Positions 1 through 8,300 of a DNA stretch of 56,586 nt are shown piece by piece. Each line of letters begins with the position of its first letter. Position 1 is the stretch's first letter. The notes beneath the pieces are model-generated. The model had not been told where the DNA came from, ran no database searches, and saw only the letters and a program-made list of their open reading frames with translations. The DNA is taken from IMG/VR virus record IMGVR_UViG_3300037488_001194, positions 1 to 56,586 of that record; one strand, 5' to 3'. This DNA comes from a virus. Lineage: Duplodnaviria > Caudoviricetes. Position numbers and translations under genes: made by a program.

Positions 1-1
1 A

Positions 2-778
2 GGAACCCTCCCCAACGACACCTGCTACGGCACACCGCAGGATCTCCTAGAACTGTTCGCACAGTACTTGGACGTTCCCGCGTTTGCCCTGAGTAGCAAG
101 GTTGTATTCTCCACCACCAATACGGGGTTCACGTCGGACATCGTGTGGTTCGACACAACATCGGCGACTCGTCCGATTATGAAGATCACGGTGAGCTCCA
201 GCGGGTTCCTCGACTACGTCAAGAACTACATCACCGCGGCTCCTGTCGTGACCATAGTGGGAGCGGACAGCGTTCTCATATTGGATGCGAGTGATTCGAG
301 CAACACCAAGCGGGGGTTGGTTTCTGATATTGCATCTCTGGTCACACCAGCCAAGGTCGTACAGATTGTAGAGGGGTCGACAACAACTGTAGTTACGACT
401 ACGTCGGGTAGTTTTGTCGACACGGGTTTGACTGTTTCAATCACACCTACATCCTCTTCGAATAAGGTTTTGGTTCTGCTTAGCCAAAGCACACAAATGT
501 CAAGAGCACAAAGCTCATGCGGGGTATTTTTTAAAGTTTTGCGTGGCGCAACAGCATTGTTTACGGGAACAACTGATAATTTACTTGCTGTCGGAAATTC
601 TACAGATACAAATAAACAGGATACTTGGGTATTCCAGTACCTAGATACCCCAGCTACAACTTCAGCGACTACATATAAAGTCCAAGGAGCGGTTCTTTAT
701 ACCGCTAACGGTGGACAAGCTCAATTTCAATTCTCTTCGTCTAGGTCTTCTATTCTAGCAATCGAGGTAACACCATGA
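2..778 (+). CDS. Tail fibre / tail-associated protein (5'-truncated)
   Basis: Frame is open from position 2 (GTLPNDTCYGTPQDLLELFAQYLDVP...). C-terminal KVVQIV...SFVDTGLTVSITPTSSSNKVLV...DTPATTSATTYKVQ domain is typical of aquatic phage fibre tips. Followed by a fibre chaperone. Confidence 0.7.
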   Translation, partial: GTLPNDTCYGTPQDLLELFAQYLDVPAFALSSKVVFSTTNTGFTSDIVWFDTTSATRPIMKITVSSSGFLDYVKNYITAAPVVTIVGADSVLILDASDSSNTKRGLVSDIASLVTPAKVVQIVEGSTTTVVTTTSGSFVDTGLTVSITPTSSSNKVLVLLSQSTQMSRAQSSCGVFFKVLRGATALFTGTTDNLLAVGNSTDTNKQDTWVFQYLDTPATTSATTYKVQGAVLYTANGGQAQFQFSSSRSSILAIEVTP

Positions 779-1113
779 CAATTGATTTAGCAAAAACAAT
801 TTCATTCTTACGTCCTAACGAGGAGTGGACTTTGGTGGGTAATGATTACTCCGGTCTGACTTGGTTGTCGGATACGCCAAAGCCAACCTTGGAAGAACTC
901 GAACAAGCTTGGTCTGTGTTAGCACCAGAAATTCCATGGGACCCTATTCGCAAAGAGCGCGATAGTTTTCTAGTAGCTTCTGACTGGACTCAGTTATCCG
1001 ACGTTTCCATCCCCAACAGACCAGCTTGGGTGGAGTACCGCCAGAAGCTTCGTGACGTAACCAAGGATTTTCCTACACCCCAAGACGTAATCTGGCCAGT
1101 ACCACCAGCGTAA
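775..1113 (+). CDS. Tail fibre assembly chaperone
   Basis: W..IR.ERD..L..SDWTQL.D...W..YRQ.LRD......WP.PP signature; ATGA overlap with the fibre gene. Confidence 0.85.
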   Translation: MTIDLAKTISFLRPNEEWTLVGNDYSGLTWLSDTPKPTLEELEQAWSVLAPEIPWDPIRKERDSFLVASDWTQLSDVSIPNRPAWVEYRQKLRDVTKDFPTPQDVIWPVPPA

Positions 1114-1116
1114 GCC

Positions 1117-2463
1117 ATGGCCATCACCCTAGCAGAAGCCAAGGCTACGCTTTCTGTATACGTCGACAACGGCGTGTACCAAGATGATTCTCGTGTGGTC
1201 GCCCGCATTAATGAAGCGCAGAGACGCCTCTATGCGGTGCGTTCTTGGCTGGGTGTTCTCGCCAAATATGTTGTGCAGGTGAACGCGGGTCTGTTCGTTC
1301 TCCCTGATTATACGGGTAGCATCAGTCAAGCCACGGGGTTCGGTGGTTTCGGCATCAATACAATTTTACGGGTCACTAGCTCTGCCATCCCCATCTCCCC
1401 AGTCGGCGCCCAGAGCATGTTCCTAACCAACAGCGAGCAAGCTTTCTTGGCCGACGGACAATCCATTGTGAAGGTCAGTCGCGACCCAAGTTCTTCGAAC
1501 TATCGCACATACCGAGTCTCTGGGAACGCCTCGCTTGTCGAGATCACAGGAAAACTTCAGTTCCAACCCGCTGCCGCTGACACCGATCTTCTGATTATCC
1601 AAGACCTCGACGCCCTCCGTCTCATGCTCCTCGCCCTTTGGCGGGAACAGAACGGACAGCTTGATCTTGCTCAAACATTCGAAGCCAAGGCTGTCGAGCG
1701 TTTGTCTGTTGTGCTGGACAAGACTTTGGAGGGTGCTCGTAGGTTAAACTACCAGTCCATCATCACGAGTTCTTCACCCGGAACCATGGGTTACATGAGG
1801 GCTCGCATGGCTCTCGATCTCAAGGACGGTCTTCACACCGACGACGCAGTCCTCTTCTACGCAATCGATCGAGCCGAAGAGCATCTGATGACCAAGGGTA
1901 AGTGGTTCGGGACGATCGACCAGTACACAATAAGCGTACCCACCAATGGAGAAATCTATCTTCCGAACGAGGTGGATTCGATTTTGTTTGTAGCCCATGA
2001 CGATCAGAGGATGGATTTGTTTGCCAGAGAGTTCGACTTCCACGAGAACGGACCGGGGTATAGGACTGTAAACAACGACTCAGTAAGCACCGTAGTCGAT
2101 CGTGGAGAGGGTTATGTTCTGAACAACTCTACCGGTCTGTACGAATCCCAACGGAAATACTTTGTGAATAGGCCAGACTGCGGGTGCGCGGTTCCAAACA
2201 CCGATATCGTTATCCTAGCCAAGAAACGGTTTGTCCCGAAGACCAGCGACGCCTCTGAGATGGCGATTAAGAACTACCCTGCCATGCTCGAGATGGTAAC
2301 TGCCTTGATGCAGACGGAGAAGCCTGACTTTTACACCTTCCACGAAAACAAAGCTATCGAACTTCTCCGTGCGGAGCTTCTTGAGAAGAGGGGTGGTGCA
2401 AGACTTAACATGCAGGTTCAGGGTTTAGCCTTCGCCATGGGTGATATACCCTACATCCTGTAA
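1117..2463 (+). CDS. Putative head-tail adaptor / tail tubular protein with internal tandem duplication
   Basis: Position in the tail module; two similar halves (INEAQRRL..W.G / IDRAEEHL..W.G; FEAKAVERL / HENKAIELL). Confidence 0.5.
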   Translation: MAITLAEAKATLSVYVDNGVYQDDSRVVARINEAQRRLYAVRSWLGVLAKYVVQVNAGLFVLPDYTGSISQATGFGGFGINTILRVTSSAIPISPVGAQSMFLTNSEQAFLADGQSIVKVSRDPSSSNYRTYRVSGNASLVEITGKLQFQPAAADTDLLIIQDLDALRLMLLALWREQNGQLDLAQTFEAKAVERLSVVLDKTLEGARRLNYQSIITSSSPGTMGYMRARMALDLKDGLHTDDAVLFYAIDRAEEHLMTKGKWFGTIDQYTISVPTNGEIYLPNEVDSILFVAHDDQRMDLFAREFDFHENGPGYRTVNNDSVSTVVDRGEGYVLNNSTGLYESQRKYFVNRPDCGCAVPNTDIVILAKKRFVPKTSDASEMAIKNYPAMLEMVTALMQTEKPDFYTFHENKAIELLRAELLEKRGGARLNMQVQGLAFAMGDIPYIL

Positions 2464-2885
2464 TGCAAGCAATTATTGACGAACGGCTTAAAATGAAAGA
2501 TATCAATGGTCAAGTGACAACCTACGTCGAAAAGAAAATCCCCTTCTATCGGCATTGGAAACGGAAGGATTTGAAGGACATGATCCGATTCTTTGCCGAC
2601 CTCGGACAACTGATTGTACACCAAAACAGCAAGGGTAAAGTGGATGGTGTTTTGGCCTTGCAGTTTGTCGACAAGCCCGAGGAAATCAAAGAGTGGAAGA
2701 ACGACTTTAACTCCCAAGGCGTGGCGATTGTTGTGCTAGCCTCGGATGATAAAATGGTAAGGTCCGAACTCGTACAGAACGCAATTGCAATCTCTGGGAT
2801 TAGATCTTGGATCTGTTTTGAAAGGGGCAAATATGACGACCGAATGCGTGTGTTACCTTGGGCTTTAGCGGAGAGGATGTCCTAA
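2463..2885 (+). CDS. Hypothetical protein, possibly GNAT-like virion assembly factor
   Basis: Coupled ORF between the tail and ejection genes, where podoviruses often carry a GNAT-fold gene. Function is a positional inference only. Confidence 0.35.
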   Translation: MQAIIDERLKMKDINGQVTTYVEKKIPFYRHWKRKDLKDMIRFFADLGQLIVHQNSKGKVDGVLALQFVDKPEEIKEWKNDFNSQGVAIVVLASDDKMVRSELVQNAIAISGIRSWICFERGKYDDRMRVLPWALAERMS

Positions 2886-2886
2886 C

Positions 2887-3906
2887 ATGGGACGTCGAGG
2901 AGGAGGAGGGTCGCCACCGCCACCACCCAAGTTGGTGGCACCTAGGAATGTTCCGCTTAACGAAACTTTTGGTACGTTTCTTGGGCAGGAAGCTCAATTC
3001 CCAGCTCTATCCTCTTTCGCCACAAACCTGAATAAAGAGTTTAGACAGCAACTAGAAACAGGTTTGCCCGGAACTTTAGGGGCAACCACTCAGATCAGCT
3101 CGCTTGTAAATCAACTATTACAGGGGGCTGTCCCAGCGGATGTGCAGGCCCAAGTACAAAGGCAGGGCGCTCAGCAGGCTATGGCAACAGGTCTACCTCC
3201 GACGAGCGGAATGGCTAGGAATTTACAGGCTAGGGATTTTGGGCTGACAACGATGGATCTGATGCAACAGGGCGCAGCCTACACTCCTGGTTTGGTGGAA
3301 CTAGCAGATTTCTTATCTCCTCAACAGACAGAGAATTATTTGTTTAGCACGGGATACCTGCGAGCGGAAGATTTGAATAGGGCTCAGAATGAAGCTAATG
3401 TGGCCAACCAAAACGCCATTAACCAGTTCAACTACGACCAAGCAAAATACGTGGCGGATCAGAGACGTAAAAGTAGCAACGCTGGGATATTCGGTTCGAT
3501 CGGTGGTCTAGTCGGTGGAATAGCCGGAAGCGTAATCGCTCCTGGGGTTGGAACAGCAATCGGTGGAATGCTTGGGAGCGGTCTTGGGAATTTCGCAGGG
3601 GGTGGAGATTTTAACATGGGTGCTGGTCAGTCGGGTATGGCGATGAATCCGCTGTCAGCAATCGGCTCGTCTCTATTCGGTGGCGGTATGTTGGGTGGCG
3701 GAGGGGGAGCAATGAATCTCGGTGGTGGGGGCGGTGGTTCTGGGCTATCTCCGACAATGTTTAACCCAATAGGCCAAGCATTTACGATGCCATCAGCCTC
3801 ATTCGGAGCTCCGCAGTATTCTGGTAACATGGTTTATGATTACTTGACTCCTTCCTACATGGGTGGATTCGGGGGGATGGGTTCTGGTAGCGTGAAGAGA
3901 TTCTAA
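2887..3906 (+). CDS. Internal virion (ejection) protein, Gly-rich
   Basis: Gln/Ala-rich helical N-half and a Gly-zipper hydrophobic segment (GSIGGLVGGIAGSVIAPGVGTAIGGMLGSGLG); first of three genes of increasing size. Confidence 0.7.
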   Translation: MGRRGGGGSPPPPPKLVAPRNVPLNETFGTFLGQEAQFPALSSFATNLNKEFRQQLETGLPGTLGATTQISSLVNQLLQGAVPADVQAQVQRQGAQQAMATGLPPTSGMARNLQARDFGLTTMDLMQQGAAYTPGLVELADFLSPQQTENYLFSTGYLRAEDLNRAQNEANVANQNAINQFNYDQAKYVADQRRKSSNAGIFGSIGGLVGGIAGSVIAPGVGTAIGGMLGSGLGNFAGGGDFNMGAGQSGMAMNPLSAIGSSLFGGGMLGGGGGAMNLGGGGGGSGLSPTMFNPIGQAFTMPSASFGAPQYSGNMVYDYLTPSYMGGFGGMGSGSVKRF

Positions 3907-3907
3907 T

Positions 3908-5344
3908 ATGACAGAAACATACCCAATCCCAAATCAACTCCAACTCCCGAATATACCCCAGTCCTCGTATACGATTCAGGACGATGGGGCTTTGGCCACA
4001 GCCCAAGCTGCGAACTTTATCAGGCAATGGAATGAGGTAACTAACATCTCTAATGCTGATAGGGCACAGTCGCTTAGAGAAAAACAATTTCAACAGCTAG
4101 TCGTTCAGAACGACAGGGACTTCGACCTAAGGCGGGAGAAGCAAGACCAAGATATGCGGATTGGGGATTTAAGTTTCGAACTTAAAAAATTCCAATATGA
4201 CACCGAAAAGAAAAACTTTAACCAGCTAGAAGAAACATGGGCGAAGAAAGACGAGATCATTGGGGCACTTGAAGCATTCTCTCCGAATGGTGGAAACGAC
4301 CAACAATACCCGCAGGCTAGGGTGAGAGTATTTAAAATGTTCGCGAACAACCCGAATGCCTACAAAATTGTACAGGGTATTCTCGGGCCATACGACGAAC
4401 AGTACCAAGTTTTTAAAGCCAACAAGTATTCAGAAGACGCGGTCGAGGTACAGGGTGCTTTCGACGACGGGCTACTCGACGGAGTAACTGTTGGGGACAC
4501 CCGAGCTGTAGACTACTGGAGAAATGCCAAGCTAAATCAGAACGATGACCCAGATGGTTTTGCTGCCGCTGTCCGACAACTCAGGCGTAAAATTAACGAG
4601 ATCCGTACCACAGAAGCTGAAGGTAAATTTGCGGCTCAGAGTGTTGCGGAAGGAAATATTGTAACACGGGAGATTAAGTTACCCGATGGTACGACATTGA
4701 AAAGTACTGCACCGAGGGTGTACGGAACGTCGAGGACTGGCACGTCTACTGGTGGCGGAGCTTCCGCTGATGGGAAGTTTGCGAAAGATTGGAACCAAGA
4801 AGCCATAAACCTTGGGCCGGAAATTGAGAAAGCCCAGTCTGCCGTAAACGACGCAACAGATCCGATTGAGAAAGCAGCAGCCGACGTCGAGCTCAGAAAA
4901 CTTGTAGACCTAAGAGAGATTTTCAGGCAAGGGGCTCGCGAACAAGTTGAACGGGTAAGAGGTCAACCAACGCAGGGTGCTCCTTCTGCCCAACCCGCTA
5001 AACCAACCTCATCTCCCGGCTTATTAGGTCCAGTTCCTGGAGCCCCACCTATGCCTAGCAAGATGGGTGTCCCGACAACTTCAACAGGGCAACCAACCCC
5101 AGCAACAACTGCCAGCGCAACGCCAGCTAGACAGCCCTTGTATTTCGTTACTGCGGATGGTAGTCGTTCCTTGACCCCAGACGAAGGGTTCTTGGCCCAA
5201 TTACGGGGTGAGAACGTAATTCCTGTATACGAAAAACAGGAAGAATCAGCAGAAGAGAAGGCGACAAGGGAACAGTTCTTGACTTCAGCTGCTGAAGCGA
5301 TCGGCACAGCTCCCGCCATTCCGCCAAATATCGCCTCTTTCTAA
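3908..5344 (+). CDS. Internal virion (ejection) protein
   Basis: Helical/coiled protein with a Pro/Thr-rich tail, lying between the Gly-rich and giant ejection genes. Confidence 0.6.
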   Translation: MTETYPIPNQLQLPNIPQSSYTIQDDGALATAQAANFIRQWNEVTNISNADRAQSLREKQFQQLVVQNDRDFDLRREKQDQDMRIGDLSFELKKFQYDTEKKNFNQLEETWAKKDEIIGALEAFSPNGGNDQQYPQARVRVFKMFANNPNAYKIVQGILGPYDEQYQVFKANKYSEDAVEVQGAFDDGLLDGVTVGDTRAVDYWRNAKLNQNDDPDGFAAAVRQLRRKINEIRTTEAEGKFAAQSVAEGNIVTREIKLPDGTTLKSTAPRVYGTSRTGTSTGGGASADGKFAKDWNQEAINLGPEIEKAQSAVNDATDPIEKAAADVELRKLVDLREIFRQGAREQVERVRGQPTQGAPSAQPAKPTSSPGLLGPVPGAPPMPSKMGVPTTSTGQPTPATTASATPARQPLYFVTADGSRSLTPDEGFLAQLRGENVIPVYEKQEESAEEKATREQFLTSAAEAIGTAPAIPPNIASF

Positions 5345-5345
5345 G

Positions 5346-5374
5346 TTGCCCAGACGCCGTATTTTTGGTAAGTA
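5346..5374 (+). promoter_or_regulatory. Putative sigma70-like promoter of the giant gene
   Basis: TTGCCC-17 bp-TAAGTA, ending 7 nt before ATG 5382. Confidence 0.4.
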
Positions 5375-5381
5375 GATTCTC

Positions 5382-8300
5382 ATGGAGCAGATGTCTACCC
5401 CAGAGAATGTAGATGACCTTTCTGCCGAGGAACTAGCTAACCTTACTGAGGAGACACAACTAATTGAAGAGCCTGTTCAGCAGGCCCAGCCAGTTCAACA
5501 GCAGGCGCAACCCGTAGCCGAACAACCAGAGTTCCAAAGGTGGGATGCGTACCGTGCCGACCCAGCTTACAACTCCCTTTCCGTATCCCAGAAGCAGGGG
5601 CTATTCGATTCATGGAGAGAATATGCCACAAAGTATATGGCGAATACGGGTGTTTTATCCACCGAAGCTGATATTGATTACGCGAAGAACTATTTCGATA
5701 AAGCCGCTGAACTAGATAATTTAAAGAAGCCTCGATACGAAGCCCCAAGTTATACAGAGGAATTGATTGGGCAGGCTCAGTCTGGGCTTAACGCTTTGCA
5801 AGCGGGATCTCTGGCTTACGGAGCAGCAAGTGGATTTGTAGATACTGATTCGGCAGCGAGAGCTATTGTAGAACGCAGGCTCGCGGAACGTGATCGTTAC
5901 ATCAATCCGACATTGCAAGCCTATGGGCAAAAGCAACAAGGGTTCTTTGGGTCTTTCAAGGACATGGTGTCTAGCCCGAAACAGATTATCTTCCCGATGC
6001 TAGCCCAAAGTCTTGGGTCGAACCTCCCAGCAATAGGGGCATCGCTCACGGCTGGTGCTATTGGAACTGCGGTGGGTGGGCCTGGAGTTGGGGCCGCGGC
6101 TGCTTTGAATGTTGGGGCAGTAGCGGGCGGTGGAACGGACACAATGGTCAACATGGATCAGTTGTTGTCTGAAGAAATGCAAAAACGTGGCTTAGACCCT
6201 TTCAATCCAGCAGATGTTAAGAGCGTTCTTGATGATACGAATTGGGCTATTCCCGCTAAAGCTGCGTCGGAGGCTCGTGGTGTAGCGATCGGCGCAACTC
6301 AGTACGCGACTCTCGGTTTTGGCCGTCTAGCTTCTACCCCACTCAAGGTACTTGAGCAACAGGGGCTAAAAGGATTCGCTAAAGAAGGACTAAAACAAAC
6401 AGCTATCCAAGTTGCTGGGGAACCAGTAAGCGAAATCGCTGCCCAGAAAGCCGAGATGGCTGGTGGGAGGTCTGGTGAAATCAGGTGGAACGAAGTGGCA
6501 GAAGAATTGGTGGTCGGGTTGCCCATGTCTGCGGTGGAAGCTGGCGGGTTGGTGATAGAAAATTTGAATAGGAACAACTCCCCAGCTACAGCCGATGAAG
6601 TAAGTAAAGAAGCGGTTCAAGCGTTAAGGCAAGGGGAATTAGCCAAGCTCCTATCTCAACCCCTGTCTGACGTAGCTGCTTCCCAGTTCTACGATGTTCT
6701 CAGCCTATCACAAAAGGCCAAGGTTCTCGGGTTGGCAGACAATGCGGTGCTCACCGAGGGTCAAGGCATCTACAATACTCTGTCCGAACAGGAGAAAGCT
6801 AATGTTCAGCAGGCTTTCAATACGGCTCGTGCGAAGGTCGCACCCGAAGCTGAAGTCACCCCTACGCCGGAACCAGCACAAGTTGTAGCCGAAGAACCTA
6901 CTGCCGTCGAACCTGCTCCAGTTGTTACTCCCGCTACTGCACCGGAACCAACCGTTGCTCAAGTCGAGGAAGAGGCAAAGAAAGTTTTTGAAGAGCCAGC
7001 TCCCCCCGTGGTTGGAGTTGCCACCCCTCAACAAATAACGCCAGCTTCAGCGGAGACTTTAGTGCGGACATCGCCGGCGACAGCTACAGTAGTCGCGGAA
7101 GAATCGAAGGCAGCTAAAGCGGAGGAACCAGCTCCTGTTGCTCCTACACCTGTCGCTGAAACTCCTGCTCCTGTCGCTGAAACTCCTGCTCCTGTCGCTG
7201 AAGCACCAGCTCCCGTGGTTGAACAGCCAAAGGTGGAAGCCCCTACACCTGCTCCCGTACAACCAACGACTCCGAAACTTCCACGTAATCTTGCAGGGGC
7301 TAAGCCTCGTTATGGTTTTGGGTCTAAACAATTCGGTTTGACTTTCGAAAACGATATTGACCGTGCGTTGTATATCATAGCCCAAGCAACCAAGAGCGCG
7401 AAGGATGCAGAATACTTAGACTTCGTAATGAAGGCTACTGGGTTGAACGAAGCTCAAGCTCGGGCAGCGGGTCGTGCAATTAGGGCGTCGATTAAGGAAC
7501 AAGCAAAAACTTCTGATGCGGATACTCTGGAAGTTGCACAATCGGATGTGACTAAGCCGAAAGTCGAGGCTCCTGTGGCTGTACCTGTCATGGCACCGCA
7601 AGCCGTCACACCACCAGCTGCCCCTACTCCTGTCGCTGAAACCCCTGCTCCCGCTCCAGTAACGCCAGCCCTCAAGAAACTTCCCCCTACAAAGAAACAA
7701 GTTACAGCTTTAACTAAACTGGGGTATTTACCAGCGGACATCGAGGGGCTAGATAGAACCCAAGCGAAGGACATTGTTACCAAGCAAACTCCTAAGACCC
7801 CAACCATTGAAGCACCGAAAGAAGCACCGCAAGCCACAGCAGGAGCCCCAACTCCCGAAGCTCCCGCCGTCGCACCAGCCCCAGTCAGCGAACCTGCCGC
7901 TCCCAAAGCGGAGAAGCGAGCGACTGGAAAAGCTGGTAAACCTGTGGCACCTGCAAAGGTTAAACCAGCCCCGACAAACGTCTCCCCGGAAGAGGGACTG
8001 AATAAGACACAGGCTGAACTCCAAAAACAATTTGACGACTTAGCTGCTGAATTGCTCGACATGACCTTGGACGAGGCGTCTGTCCAAGAGTACTTCAAGG
8101 GAACAGAAATTACTCCTCTCGTACGCCAACGCCTACAAGCTTTGATGCGTATCATTACTCTCGGGTTGTCCAATGCTCGCAACGATCTCATAAAGAAAAG
8201 TAAAACAGGTAAAGGTCGAGAGAAGCTCGCGAGTGATTTCGCCAAGAAGGTTCTCAACAAGGTTGTCTTCATTAAACAGCGGGGTGGTTCTGGGGTCTAC

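Noticed and set aside
7454-8272. 272-aa and other antisense ORFs inside the giant gene
   Set aside because: Mirror frames of low-complexity Pro/Ala coding sequence.
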